From contig OZ024748.1 of assembly GCA_964016885.1 (NCBI GenBank), positions 4,588,001 through 4,652,000 on the forward strand: DNA of 64,000 nucleotides, in the 5' to 3' direction. The position numbers were made by a program, and so were the translations under genes. This DNA is from Eledone cirrhosa. Its lineage: Eukaryota. Below are positions 28,851 through 44,556 of the stretch, piece after piece (within the stretch, counting starts at the first letter, position 1; each line of letters opens with the position of its first letter). The notes below the pieces were generated by a model. The model was not told the DNA's origin. It ran no database searches and worked only from the letters and a program-made list of their open reading frames with translations.

Positions 28851-29596
28851 TGAAAATGAAAGAGAGTGAGAGACAGTGAGAGGTAATGAAAAGAAAGAAA
28901 GTTAGAAAGAGTTAAGGGAGAGACAAACAGACAGATAGATAGATTAATATAGAGATAAAGAGATAGATGAAGATTGATAGATACAGAGATAATGAGAGAG
29001 AGAGCGGGGGGAGGGGGAACAAGAAGTGTTTATGTATGTATATATGTGTTGTTGGTGTAATTTGGTGTGGTGGTGCGGTAAGGTGTGGTGTGGTGTGAGA
29101 GAAAAATGAGGGAAGGGTTGAGGGAAGGACGGGGGAAAAGCTCTTTAGCGAAAGTTGTTAGTTAAATCTCACTATTACATACGTAGACAAATAGCAAATC
29201 AATAGAAGCTAACCCTCTCATCTTCGTTTTCATAAACATATTGCCTTCTCATAGCATCAACAACTACAACAACAACAGGAAGAACAACATCACTGCCAAC
29301 AATAACAACAACAAGATGACAAAATAAACCCAAATATAATATAAATAACAAACGAAAAAAGTAAGGAAAATAACGAAGTAATAATATATAAATATATTTA
29401 TGGAAAAATATAAAAAAATGTAGAGTGGTAAAGAGATAAAAAAAATGTATATAAAAAAGAAAGATAGAGAGACGGAAAGATAGATGAAGATATTTAAAAG
29501 AAAAGAAAGGAAAAATGGAGGAAAGAAGAAGAAAGAAAGAAAATGAAAAATAAAGCGCTGCCGAAAATGAGTTGAAATCAGTCCAATTACAACACA

Positions 29597-29643
<47 letters not shown>

Positions 29644-29675
29644 TGTATATATATATATATATGCATGTACATATA

Positions 29676-29716
<41 letters not shown>

Positions 29717-29752
29717 TGTATATATATATATATGCATGTACATATATATATG

Positions 29753-29805
<53 letters not shown>

Positions 29806-29832
29806 ATGTATATATATATGTATGTATGTATT

Positions 29833-29863
<31 letters not shown>

Positions 29864-29995
29864 ATATATATGTGTGTCTATATATGCCTTTCCATATGTA
29901 AATATATACACGTGACCGTCACGCGGAGGTGAGGTAAAACTACACGGCAAACACAAAACCGTCAACCAACCCGCATTCATCATCATCTACTACAC

Positions 29996-30043
<48 letters not shown>

Positions 30044-30607
30044 TACACACACACACCAACCATTATTCACTATAATAGATGTCTTTTACTCTTCTTTCTT
30101 TCGTCTTTCTTCCTCCCCGTCCCCACCTTCTTCTTCTTCTTCTTCTTCTTCTTCTTCTTCTTCTTCTTCTTCTTCTTCTTCTTCTTCTTCTTCTTTCTCG
30201 TTCTTCATCTCGCCGTGTTCAAATTCATTTTTCATCGAAGGGCCGAGAATTACGACATTTAGTTCTTAGACAGAGGGAAAAAAAAGGACAGTCTTGAGAT
30301 AAATAGAAAGAAAGAAACAAAGAGAGAAAGAGAGAGAGAGAGTGAGAGAGTGAGAGAGTGTGGGGCGGGGGGGGGGGAGTTATAATGATGATGAAAAGTT
30401 ACCCTAGTAATGAAATGTTAAGGCCATAATAGGTGGAATAATAGAAGTAAACATGGTCGGTGTGGATGAAAATGATGGGAGAAGCAAATAAGGCCAGGGT
30501 GGGTGACAATGATGGGGGAGAGGGTAACGCTCTCTATCGCTCTCTCTCTCTTTCTCACTCTCCCTCTCTCACTCTTTCTCTCTCTCTCTATCCCTCCATT
30601 CTTCTCT

Positions 30608-30666
<59 letters not shown>

Positions 30667-30959
30667 AATATATATGTCTTGCAAACAAACACATAGGTGA
30701 ATGTACACATACTCTCTTTCCCTTTTGCAAACACATATATAGGTACACACACACACACATTCTCTCTCTCTCTCAATCGCAAACACATACATAGTTAACA
30801 CACACACGTACACCAACAGAAGAGCTACATTTACAAGAACAATAACAACAACAACAAACAATGCAATAGTAAATCAACAACAAAAACAAACGAATACAAG
30901 AAAAAAAATCCAATGAAATCATTAAAAAAATCCCAAAGACTGAAGACCCTTTCCCATAA

Positions 30960-31095
30960 TAATACTACAACTACCACCACCACCACTACTACTACTACTA
31001 CAAACACAACTACTACTACTACTACTCCTACTACTACTACTACTACTACTACTATAACTACAAACACAACTACTACTACTACAACTACTACTATA

Positions 31096-31162
<67 letters not shown>

Positions 31163-31560
31163 TAACTACCACCACTACTACTACTACTATAACTACCACC
31201 GCTACTACTACTAATACTACAACTAATACTACAACTACCACCACCACTACTACTGCAACTACAAACACAACTACTACTACTAATACTATAACTAATACTA
31301 CAACTACCACCACCACTACTACTACAACTACAAACACAACTACTACTACTAATACTACAACTAATACTACCACCACCACCACTACTACTACTACTATAAC
31401 TACCACACTACTACTACTAATACTACAACTACCACCACCACCACTACTACTACTACAACTACCACCACCACCACTACTACTACTACTACTATAACTACCA
31501 CCACCACTACCACTACTACTATAACTACCACCACTACTACTACTAATACTACAAACACAA
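30960..31560. repeat. Compound (CTA)n/(CCA)n trinucleotide repeat
   Basis: Directly visible. Confidence 0.95.
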
Positions 31561-31751
31561 CCCCCCAAAATCCACAAACAAAACAAACATAAACCCATAA
31601 ACCGATCATCATCATCAACAACATTGATAATAATACAAATAATATTGTGAGAGAGACGTAATGATTATGGTAGTCATTATAGTCAGAAAAGAGGAGAGGT
31701 GTGAGGTGTAGCCTACCACCACTCTCTATAGACCCTTTCCCTCTCTCTATC

Positions 31752-31797
<46 letters not shown>

Positions 31798-31945
31798 AAC
31801 AGATATATACACATACATACACACGAACGCACACATCACATTATATATATATATATATATATATATAATGTGATGTGTGCGTTCGTGTGTATGTATGTGT
31901 ATATATCTGTGTGTGTATATATATGTATGTATAAATATATATATG

Positions 31946-31976
<31 letters not shown>

Positions 31977-32059
31977 GTGTGTGTGTATACAGATATGTAT
32001 ATAAATATATATGTGTGTGTGTGTGTGTGCGTGTGTGTGCATACATATGTGTATATATG

Positions 32060-32090
<31 letters not shown>

Positions 32091-32135
32091 ATACATGTGT
32101 ATATATATGTATGTGTGTGTATATATATATATATG

Positions 32136-32167
<32 letters not shown>

Positions 32168-32195
32168 AACACACACACATATATATATATATATA

Positions 32196-32399
<204 letters not shown>

Positions 32400-32442
32400 C
32401 ATATATACATATATATATACATATATATATATATACATATAC

Positions 32443-32511
<69 letters not shown>

Positions 32512-32754
32512 TATATACATACATACATATCTACCCCTGTCTCCGTAGTAGACATCATTACCGTTCTGTGATCTACGAGACCTCCACCAAATGACGTCAA
32601 GAACCCATCCTTGGAGCAAAGACAGATTTGTTCTCGAAAATATTTATGTTTATATCTCTTCTTATATTTTTATATTTTGGAGGAAACTTCTTTCTCCCTG
32701 ATTAACACATATACTACCACGTCACTGACTAGTTGTTTACCTGACTGTTTGATT

Positions 32755-33235
32755 AGTAGTAGTAGTAGTAGTAGTAGTGGTGGAAGTAGTGGTAGTGGTG
32801 GTGGTAGTGCTGGTAGTAGTAGTGGTGGTGGTAGTTATAGTTGTAGTAGTGGTGTTTGTAGTTGTAGTAGTAGTGGTGGTGGTAGTGGTAGTGGTGGTGG
32901 TAGTGCTGGTAGTAGTAGTGGTGGTGGTAGTTATAGTTGTAGTAGTGGTGTTTGTAGTTGTAGTAGTAGTGGTGGTGGTGGTAGTTGTAGTATTAGTAGT
33001 AGTAGTGGTGGTAGTTATAGTAGTAGTAGTAGTGGTGTTTGTAGTTGTAGTAGTAGTGGTGGTGGTGGTAGTTGTAGTATTAGTAGTAGTAGTGGTGGTA
33101 GTTATAGTAGTAGTAGTAGTGGTGGTAGTTATAGTAGTAGTAGTAGTGGTGTTTGTAGTTGTAGTAGTAGTGGTGGTCGTGGTAGTTGTAGTATTATTAT
33201 TAGTAGTAGTATTTGTAGTAGTAGTATTAAGAGTG

Positions 33236-33279
<44 letters not shown>

Positions 33280-33333
33280 GGTGGTGGTGGTAGTAGTAGT
33301 AGTAGCAGTAGAAGTAGTAGTAGTAGTAGTGGT
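32755..33333. repeat. Compound (TAG)n/(TGG)n repeat, inverted relative to 30960-31560
   Basis: Shares rare variants (GTGTTTGTAGTTG, GTTATAG, GTATTAG) in reverse complement. Confidence 0.9.
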
Positions 33334-35273
33334 GACCTTGTGCCAAAAGTGGGGTAATTGCTGACCTTGTGCCAAAAGTAGAAACAATTATTACTATCTA
33401 AACTATAATAAAGGAAGGTCTGCGGGATTGCGTACGGTTTATTTTTTTTTATCCCGTTTGTAAAATAAGTTGGATTACTTTGAATAAATAATGAATGAAT
33501 ATTACATAATTTATCAACTAAATTCCGTGGCTGTTCCTCAAATATATTTTATTATTTATTTAAAGATTCACTTCTTTAAAATTTTCAAATGTCAACACTT
33601 CCGGTGGCGATCGCTTAAATAAACATATCAATTTTCTGTCACTAATTTTCTCCTAATACAGTTTATATATAATATCGTCTTTTTTTAATGTATCATGGAT
33701 TACGTTATTGATTACATAAGAGAGTGTAACAGACTTCGTTCAATTTCTGTGTATATTGTCAATTACGATTTTATTTGACGTATCATATCTACATGTATAT
33801 ATACTTGCGTATAATATCAATATACATACTACACATGCTAGTTATTATTAATTACTGTGGGTAAAACATCAGGTAAGAATAATATATTTTGTTATAACGA
33901 CTTGCGACTCCTACACTTATTCATTTGCTTATATATATACATATATAGAGCTTATTTAATTTTGTAGCAGTAATGATCAAATCGATAGAGTACCAGAGAT
34001 CTAGTGGCTGTTATTCTGCCCCCCCTCCCTATACTGAAACAGTCTAGCAATTCCGTTAACCTAGTGCCCTAGACTGGTACTCTGTTACTTAAGCAATGAC
34101 CCCCAGCATCTCAGGTTTACAAAACTAACCTTAACTAAAGCAACTACCAGTGTAGCTGGATGTGTTAACAAAACATATTTTCTCCGCGAAAGTTTGATTC
34201 TTCACATGATTGCGTGTCTTTTAGCAATTAGTGAAACATTGTAAATATTACCAAATCATACCCAATGACAGCTCGACCCTGTGTTTTAGTTGATAGCTAA
34301 GGCTAGAACTAGGGGAAGTCTGATATATAATATATTCATTTGTTTAATTGAGCTCAAATCTCGTAAGTTGTCTTACATTCAGATGGTGCCGATAAATGTC
34401 TACCTGTACCATAGAAATGACAGCCAAATTCCGCTCAGACCAGTCACTATTGTCTCACTGCAAAGAAGGATACATTAAACAGTGTAGTACGTGATGGACA
34501 AAAACGTCGGCTTGGCCATGGTTGGAATGTGTTTGCTCCTAGATTCGCTGTATTTAAACTGTATCACAATATATCAGCAGCATTAACAGTCATCAATCTC
34601 TCTTGTATAGTTTTCACTCCCTAATATGTTTCCCCTGATAAAAACCCTGCATTGCTACCACCACCACGAACACCTTGACTACCTCGAATTTCCTCACCAT
34701 CGCCACCTCTGCTTCCGGCACCATCACTAACACCACCACTACACACAGGACCACCAATAACACCAGCAACAACACCTCAAGAACCCCCAACACCACAACC
34801 ACCACTGTTATCATCACCAACACTACAACCAGCAAAACTACCGCTACCATCATCACCAACATTACCACTACCACCAACATCATCACAACAAACATCCATA
34901 TTGCTATCCTACAGCTTGATGAAAATAGTGAGTAAGAAGGAAACACGGCGTAAGTTTTAGGTGAGGTGTGAGGGTGAAGTTAGGAGACAAAAGATTAAAA
35001 ACAGTTTGATTAAAAGACACTATTTCAGTAGTAGAAACTTGTAAATCAATCAAGGCAGGAGAAGCTGTCAAGGGAGGGAGTCTTTAATGAAATTCTAAGG
35101 GTTTGGAATTGGAGAGGAACAGAGTGACTGGGAAAATACATGGAAACAAGATGGCAGATAGACTAGAATCTACAACTCCTGTTTAACAGAAGCGTAAGTC
35201 ATGATAAAGAGGGAAACTGCTATATATATATATATATAGCCGTTTCGCCAGTCCGCCACTGTATAGATATATA

Positions 35274-35440
35274 CTTTCAGAAGATCCCGTTAAGGGTGAA
35301 AGCAGCGATTCTTTGCTTAAACTTTAATCAGTTATTTTAATAAATATTTTCTCTAGGGTCCTTATATACTTGATATATATTTATCCTCATCGAGCCCTCT
35401 TTGGATTTTAGACTTCACATTTATTATTATTACTATATAT
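35274..35440 (+). mobile_element. Family-3 element with a hammerhead-like head
   Basis: CAGAAGA-TCCC(GTTAA)GGGT-GAAA-GCAGCGATTC, then tail ATCGAGCCCTC...ATTATTACTATATAT; six related copies in the window. Confidence 0.8.
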
Positions 35441-35541
35441 CGAGGTTAACTTTGCCATTCATCCTTACGGGGTCGATAAAATAAAGTACCAGTAATGTAC
35501 TGGGTAATTGGTGGCCTTGTGCCAAAAGTAGAAACAATTAT
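35441..35541 (+). mobile_element. 5'-truncated SINE-A with an 18-bp flanking duplication
   Basis: ATTATTATTACTATATAT at 35423-35440 and 35537-35554. Confidence 0.85.
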
Positions 35542-35544
35542 TAT

Positions 35545-35626
<82 letters not shown>

Positions 35627-35798
35627 TTTTTTTGGCTCAGGTGGTTGATAGCTTCACGACCACCGTTTTCATTTTGTCTGGCCTCTATAACGTATGTTAA
35701 TTGCTCTGGTCTTCTTTTAGTCCAATGAGCGCTTGCCGCATATCTCGAAATTTGCGTTCCGCTTTGTTTTTGGCCACCGCCAAAATACGATCTCGCTG

Positions 35799-35836
<38 letters not shown>

Positions 35837-35930
35837 CAATGGTGGACTGGCCAGGTTACCGTGTTGCCCAAGTGGGTCCTAGAGAGCCCACGGTAGCATT
35901 GCAAGACCCCACAGTAGCATTTTTTTTCGA

Positions 35931-36245
35931 AATTTTGTAAGTAGGTTTATAAGTATGAATTTTCATAATATTTTCGTAGTTGTCTCAGTGCTCTAGCGGT
36001 AGATACTAGAGACAGTGGAGATCCTGGCCTTGAGTTCAATCCGGGTCAAGAGGTACATGTAACCTTTTTCAATTTTTATTTTACAACCAATAGAAAAAAA
36101 CTGAAAAGGTTTAGTGAGAACCCTACTCCCAACCAGACTCGAACTCCCGACCAGGGTTACCACCGTCTATGATTCTTCTACATAGGCCACCGAGACAGTA
36201 CAAAAGTATAATGAAAATTGATAATTATAAACCTACTTTCAAAAT
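35931..36245. mobile_element. Imperfect foldback of about 310 bp containing two convergent tRNA-like heads
   Basis: AGTAGGTTTATAA...TGTCTC arms; plus-strand B-box GAGTTCAATCC and minus-strand GAGTTCGAGTCT. Confidence 0.65.
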
Positions 36246-36648
36246 ATGTGCGTGTGTATGTATGTATACATGTGTGTGTGTATGTATACCGCATGTACTT
36301 ATATGTATGTATATACCTGTGTATGTATTATGTATGTATGTATATATATGTATGTATATACTTGTGTATGTACTATGTATGTATGTATTACGCGGAGTAA
36401 ATTTTCCCGTAATGATAGTTACATGACATCAAACTTTCTGGGAAACTTCATGGAGGATCCTGTGTTCTATATTTTACTACAGCTCTATACTGCAGAGTGC
36501 TCAATAAACAGACATTCAACTGTGTTGAAAACCGGAGAACTCTTCGTCGTAAACGACGGAAGTCCGGTACACATATATAAACAGAAACAGATGCATCACT
36601 TACACATACACATACAAATATATATAGAGATCTATATGTATATATATA

Positions 36649-36727
36649 CAGGATGTCCCAATAAAATGTATACATACTTCAACTGCATTCTAATCAAAGT
36701 GAGTATACATTTTTGAGGGACACCCTG
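36649..36727. mobile_element. 79-bp Tc1/mariner-type MITE
   Basis: TA|CAGGATGTCCC..AAAATGTATAC...GTATACATTTT..GGGACACCCTG|TA; TIRs plus TA target duplication. Confidence 0.85.
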
Positions 36728-36979
36728 TATATATATATATATATATATATATAACATATGAAAGTAAGAGAGAGGGAGAGAGTGGGAAGAGAGAAAATTT
36801 AGCGTAATATGGTTAATTTCTCTATCAATATTATATTACAGTAGATGTAATTCGATAAGGTTGTACACATACGTAAACGCATACATACAAACGTACAAAC
36901 ACACATAATTTTAGATATACATACATAAATACATACATATATACATGCACATAAGCTTTATATATATATATAATATATA

Positions 36980-37041
<62 letters not shown>

Positions 37042-37261
37042 TATATATACTCACATATGAAGCAGGAGGCCTATTAAACAGGGTATTTTTAATGTAGTCT
37101 ATATTTTCATTTCCTCTATATTAACCATTAATTTATATATACTAGCTATGATATCCCTCTTCCGTTTAGAATTTATAGAGATCTATAATAAGATATTCCA
37201 ACATAAAATATATCGATTACATATAGCTAAACATTAAATGTAAAATATTTAACACCTTTTT

Positions 37262-37292
<31 letters not shown>

Positions 37293-37508
37293 TGTGTGTA
37301 GGCATATATATATATGTGTGTGTTTGTGTGTGTGTATTTTAATCACTATGTTCTTTCTTTTAAGATTGTTTAACGATATAGATTACACTTGAAAAACAAA
37401 ATTAAATATACCAGCGCCAGAAAATATATTAAATAATTGAATTACATATAAAAGTCACGCACACACCCTAATAAACAGCTACCACCCATCCACACACACA
37501 CACACACT

Positions 37509-37701
<193 letters not shown>

Positions 37702-38241
37702 CATATATCTATATATATATATAAGAGAGAGAGAGAGATCAAAAGTATCTGGGTTTACAAGCAAGTTGTTTACCGACGAATTAGTTAACTATGCATGGAA
37801 GAAGGACAGTGACTTCCGGGATAAGATAGTACCCTACTGGTGTTAAAACGGATTTGCTGAGTCAGTCTGAAATTGTCACATACTTCCATTCAAGAAAACA
37901 ATTATCCTCGGTTCCATCTGTAATAGCAGGACCATGTAGAAGTAGAATATATGTTTCTATGTTTGTTTGTTTGTTTGTGTGTATGTGACGGAAGACGACT
38001 CAGTATTATCTATGGCCGTTGCTTGTCAAGAAACTGCAAAACGAAGACGATTTTCTGATGAATATCCTTTAAAATATCTATTTAGTAATATATCTATTTA
38101 GTAAAGGTCTCTTCTCAGTTAAATGCCATAAAAAAATCATGACAATAGGCAATAGGTGCAGATATATGCTTCTTCAGGCACTGAATTTAAACAGAATGTT
38201 TGTTACATGATTATCAAGTATATATTCTTTCGGATAACAAT

Positions 38242-38302
38242 TGTTGTTATTACCTGGTCATGTTGTTATTACCTGGTCATGTTGTTATTACCTGGTCATG
38301 TT
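38242..38302. repeat. 19-bp tandem repeat, 3 copies
   Basis: TGTTGTTATTACCTGGTCA three times. Confidence 0.95.
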
Positions 38303-39084
38303 TCATATAAACTTAAGAGTGAAAAAAAAAAAACATTTTGTAACAAACAGTTTTGTTGTTGTATAATCTTTATTAGTTGGAAGGATTTAAATGATTATTA
38401 TTTTCCCAGGATCTATATTATTATTATTGTTTATACAGATATATAGAAAGAAACAGATTAATATTAAATCAGTGACACATATGTGTACACTAGGTTGAAC
38501 ACAGAGTAAAACAGAAACACAAAGCTGGTTAAAACTTGAATATTTCAAAAGATTATTTATATAAACGTGGTTGTCTTTCCTTGCAGTTCATTACAGATTA
38601 GTAGTTTTGGAATATATTTCATTTTTTATGTAAATTAAAGGGCCAGCCCTTATCCCTCTCTGAAGTTACATGATATCGTCCATACTTACATCATTTACTG
38701 ACTCAAAAATGATACTTTTTTATACTGAAAATGTTCAAATAGTATAACATGTCTTGAATGTAATTTCAGTTTCACAATTCGATATAACACAACACATAAC
38801 CGCCATTGGTATATTTTGTGCATGAGCTCTCAGAGTAAAACAAAATCTATAAATCTTTTAATACATTTAATAATCATACTGGTCAAAGTAACTTTTTTGG
38901 TTCAAGTCTTCGTGTTTATTTAACAGTTTCTGTCTTTTGTTGCTGTTGGGGTTGTATAACATCTAATGATGGAATTTAATAAATAAAAAATAATTAAAAA
39001 ATATGTGTTGATACGTATATCCATGTAAGAGTGAATATCAATGTGGGTTTGAGTTTGTGTGTGTGTATATATATATATATATAA

Positions 39085-39139
<55 letters not shown>

Positions 39140-39260
39140 ATGTGAGAGAGAGAGAGTGTGTGTATCTGCATGTTTGTGCATGTAGGCCTTTAGTGATTTT
39201 AAAAAATCGTGACGGATTATATTCGGTTTTACTATGTGATTTGGATTTATGAGGTATATG

Positions 39261-39314
<54 letters not shown>

Positions 39315-39451
39315 ATGTATATTTGTGTGTGTGTAAACAGTTTTTACACTCATCATATTTCCAAAGATATCTTGATTAGATTTTGGTCTATTTTAGAAGA
39401 ACAAAAAGAAACTTGAGAGAAAGAAATTAAAGTATATATGTATATATATAT

Positions 39452-39525
<74 letters not shown>

Positions 39526-39789
39526 CAAACTCCAAAGAATAAGAAAACTTTGCAAGAATTACACGCAGCCAATAGAAGTATTAAAATATTAAACTGGATT
39601 AGGATTAAGGGATTTATTGTTACACACCCAGTTCATGCTTTAAATTTTAACGAGTTTCCACATCCATGTGGGTGTAGTCTTGCACATGTCAAGTAGGTAC
39701 GCTACCATAAACTCACTGTGTGTGTTTGTATTTATATTTGATTAGACTTCAGTTCGTATCACACTGTCGATTGGTATCATTTTATATGT

Positions 39790-39971
39790 ATTGGCAGTAT
39801 CGGTAGAGGGTCGGACGACATGCTTTCCAGCATAGAGTTAAGCCACTTTACGATCTGAGTTCAAATCCCGCCGAGGTTAACTTTGCTTTTCATCCTTACA
39901 GGGTCGATAAAATAAAGTACCAGTAATACACTGTCTTAATTGCTGGTCTTTTGCCAAAAGTAGAAATAATT
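39790..39971 (+). mobile_element. Near full-length SINE-A
   Basis: A-box, B-box, central domain and tail all present. Confidence 0.92.
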
Positions 39972-40106
39972 ATTTTATATATTAGGCACTATATAGACGT
40001 TTCTTCCCAAATTTACGGAATTTTCCCTCAATGGAGAACTAGTAGATTAGGACATATAAATATATATATATATACATACACACACACACACATATATATA
40101 TATATA

Positions 40107-40309
40107 GGAACCAGTAAGACCCCGACGGCTGAGCTCAAGCCGTTTTGACGGCTAATTCTGGACTAGAATTAGTCCAGAATTAGCCGTCGAAACGGCTTGA
40201 GCCCAGCCGTCGGGGTCTTACTGGTTCCTATTACCCACTCTACTACCCTAAGTATTGAGTACTTTGGTGCGTTATGGTCCACCTGGTTCCTTACCACATT
40301 TCCTTCGTT
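40107..40309 (+). mobile_element. Family-1 hairpin-plus-tail element in (TA)n
   Basis: Arms span 40107-40228; tail nearly identical to 19717-19797. Confidence 0.92.
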
Positions 40310-40312
40310 ATA

Positions 40313-40355
<43 letters not shown>

Positions 40356-40682
40356 GAGGGTTGTTCTGTGTATCGCGTTTTATATAGGTGTAGCACAACC
40401 CTGATAGCTATAGAAGCAAGTAATCTACGGTCGTTCTAAACGATGAATAATGTAGTTTTAGATATATTGTGTTTGAATAATAAGTGTGATGGTCACGGAT
40501 TGACTTGATCTTTTCGTTTATATGTTAAAGATCTGAGAATCGAGATCATAACCTCACGACTATGAACCGATTGCGCAAAACTCTCAACTCCACGTCTTCA
40601 CATATATGTATGTACGTGTGTGTGTGTATATATATATATATTTGTTGATATTTGTATATATATATATACATATCTATATCTA

Positions 40683-40779
<97 letters not shown>

Positions 40780-40894
40780 CCCAGAAATAAAGAGAGAGAA
40801 ATAAAAAAGGAAAAATATATATTTTTCTTCCTAATAATCGTCTCTTTCTCCCTGTTTTCATATATATATATATATTTGTTTATATTTCTGTTAT

Positions 40895-40971
<77 letters not shown>

Positions 40972-40976
<5 letters not shown>

Positions 40977-41173
40977 AAGGAATTGTGGTAAGGAACCAGA
41001 TGGACCATAACGCACCAGAGTACTCAATACTTAGGGTAGTAGAGTGGGAAATAGGAAAAAGTATGACCCCGACGGCAGAGCTCAAGCCGTTTCGACGGCT
41101 ATTTCTGGACTCTGGAGTCCAGAAATATCCGTCGAAAAGGCTTTAGCTCTGCCGTCGGGGTCATACTTTTTCC
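40972..41173 (-). mobile_element. Family-1 hairpin-plus-tail element in (TA)n
   Basis: Tail 40972-41053; arms 41054-41173. Confidence 0.92.
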
Positions 41174-41531
41174 TATATATATATATATATTGTGTATGTA
41201 TGTGTATATATATATATATATATATATCAAACTTAGGCTGAAACAGTAGCTGAGCCAACATTTTGCTATCCCGTCGTTATATGAAAGTGTTAATAATGGT
41301 AATAAGAAAAAAACGCGTTTTTCTCACAGCAGTCCGCTGTCTCTCTGCTATATACAGTCAGCTTGTCTGCCTGTATAGTCTATGTAGTGAGCGAGATTCA
41401 TGGCGAGAAAGTCCCTAACTGTATGCATACACTACATACACGCCACCTGCCATCAACGGCTCAATAAACACACATGAAAACATACAGGTACGTGTACGTG
41501 TACATATATATACAATATACATACATACATA

Positions 41532-41563
<32 letters not shown>

Positions 41564-41568
41564 GATAT

Positions 41569-41620
<52 letters not shown>

Positions 41621-41677
41621 ATGTATATATGTATGTATATTGTATACATATATACACACACGTACAAGAACCTGTAT

Positions 41678-41734
<57 letters not shown>

Positions 41735-42149
41735 ATATATTTATATATATAAGTGTATGTATATATATATATATTTATATATACATACACTTATATATAT
41801 GAATATTCAGATCTGACTCTGTGTCAGTTGCTAATCGGGGTTTCTCGTTCTCTGTCCTCGGGTGTCTGATTAAAGTATAGCTAACACGTGTCTGTATACA
41901 TACATCTACTGGGGTTATTTAGTTCATGGTGAGAAATTATAGCAGAATATTTATTCTATTTTTCTATTCCTACTTAGAATAAAATTTGATTTATCTCACT
42001 TGCTATCAAATTACATGCTTGATCGGCCATAGATTGATTGGTGTGTGACAGTAATCTCAGTATTTTTTTTAATAATTAACTTCTCCTTCTCTACCGAGAA
42101 CTCTTTCTCCTCATTTATATACACACATAACCCTGGCACTTTGTTTGTT

Positions 42150-42452
42150 ACAACAACGAGTGTTCTAGTTGACCCGATCAACAGAACAGCCTGCTCATGA
42201 AATTAACGTGCAAGTGCCTGAGCATACTACAAAAACGCGTACCCTTAACGCAGTTCTTAGCGAGATTCAGCGTGACACAGAATGTGATAAGGCTGGCACC
42301 TTCGAATTACAGGTACAACCCATTTTTGTCAGATGAGTGGACTGGAGCAACGTGAAATAACGTGTCTTGCTCAAGGAGACAACGCGCCGTCGTGAATCGA
42401 ACTCACGACCTGACGATTATGACCCTAACCACAAAGCCACGCGCTTTCACAT
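42150..42452 (-). mobile_element. SINE-B (tRNA head plus CORE-like domain), near full length
   Basis: Minus strand GCGCGTGGCTTTGTGG..GAGTTCGATTC..TCTCCTTGAGCAAGACAC..CTCCAGTCCACTCATCTGACAAAAATGGG. Confidence 0.85.
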
Positions 42453-42864
42453 AAACACAAATATATAGCGCATAAATTGTGAAACATGAAGGGAAACGTG
42501 AAACATGAAGGGAAACGCAGGGTCAGCTAATAGGTTAAGTTGGATGGTTTCGCAAACAGTTAATTCTGGGTTCGGTCCTTGGAGAAGTATCTTTTACATT
42601 TTTATTTCAAAACAAGGGTTGTGCTGCCAATAAAAAAAACACACACACACCAGTTGAGATGTTTATTTTTCTGTTGCACGATCCAGTATTTTGGCATTCC
42701 CATTTAAATCGTGCGAAAACATTTTGCTGGTGTGAGAGCTGATGAGTGTAAAGATGTTTGTGTGTAAATTTTTCTTGTACATCGACTTTGTACGTCGGCC
42801 GGCGACCGCTCTGTAAAATCAATTCCTGATTGTTACTGGAATTCTATAAGAATCCAACACAGAT

Positions 42865-42959
42865 AATTTTCGGCAGACAGGGAGAGTAGTGAGTTTTGAT
42901 AAATACCAAAAAGTACGAAACAGAGCTGTCAACTTATCTCCCCCTGTCTGCCGAAAATT
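42865..42959. mobile_element. Small MITE-like inverted repeat
   Basis: AATTTTCGGCAGACAGGG ... CCCTGTCTGCCGAAAATT, 18-bp perfect arms. Confidence 0.65.
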
Positions 42960-43089
42960 TAAGTAAGTGTCAATGTCGCTACTCTAAAAGCATATGGTCT
43001 TCAAAATGCATTTAATTAAGCATACAGGATATTGCAAAATACACTATATATACATTCATATATATATCGCTATTTCAGAGTACCAATTC

Positions 43090-43475
<386 letters not shown>

Positions 43476-44019
43476 TGAAAGTATGTACGTGTGTTCGTCT
43501 TTATGTTTACTGGTTCATTATGTGCCGTCATTTAAGAATCATACAAACGGAATTCGCTTAAATAACAAAGAGACAAAACAAACATATGTAGTGGGTTAGA
43601 TATGATTATCTGACAACACTCATCAATGTTGTCGCCTACAGTGAAGTCAGGGGAACAAGCAATAGAAATATTTACAGGTATACCCGCACCTGTGTACCTG
43701 ATCGCAAGTAGGAAAGTCTGACAGTTTGCATTCTAAAACGAGGAAATTAAATGCCAAATTCAGAAACAGCTACATGGTATAATCTGCAGTTGTGTACAGC
43801 GTAGCGGTGACATTGCAGCAACAGCACACGTATGATTCAAGATAAAATTATATATACATACATATATACATACATATTTTATATTTTACATATATACATA
43901 TATACATATATATTTTATATTTTACATACATATTTTATATTTTACATACATACATTTTTATATACATACATATTTTATATTTTACATACATACATTTTTA
44001 TATACATACATACACATAT

Positions 44020-44052
<33 letters not shown>

Positions 44053-44086
44053 GTTACCGAGACTATAGGAAATATATGTATATATG

Positions 44087-44173
<87 letters not shown>

Positions 44174-44176
<3 letters not shown>

Positions 44177-44238
44177 TGTATGCATGTATATTTGTTTGTA
44201 GATATATTTGCAAATGCGAGATTATGTACAAATATTCC

Positions 44239-44273
<35 letters not shown>

Positions 44274-44339
44274 TCAGGAATATATACACAATCTCGTATT
44301 TGCATATATATCTACAAACAAATATACAAGCATATAAAT

Positions 44340-44340
<1 letters not shown>
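44174..44340. repeat. Inverted duplication with arms of about 68 bp around a (TA)n loop
   Basis: TTTGTTTGTAGATATAT..TGCAAAT..GAGATT..ATTCCTGAA matches TTCAGGAAT..AATCTC..ATTTGCA..ATATATCTACAAACAAA. Confidence 0.9.
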
Positions 44341-44420
<80 letters not shown>

Positions 44421-44421
<1 letters not shown>

Positions 44422-44481
44422 GACTAATTACATATACACAAATACATAATTCATATTTATAAATACCTTATCATATGCTTG

Positions 44482-44556
<75 letters not shown>

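Noticed and set aside
32611-33357. Gly/Ser/Cys-rich 248-aa ORF resembling a structural protein
   Set aside because: It is a (TAG/TGG)n repeat open in several frames, with an inverted twin upstream.
33995-34030. Third CTCF-like site (TCTAGTGGC)
   Set aside because: Only half of the motif matches.
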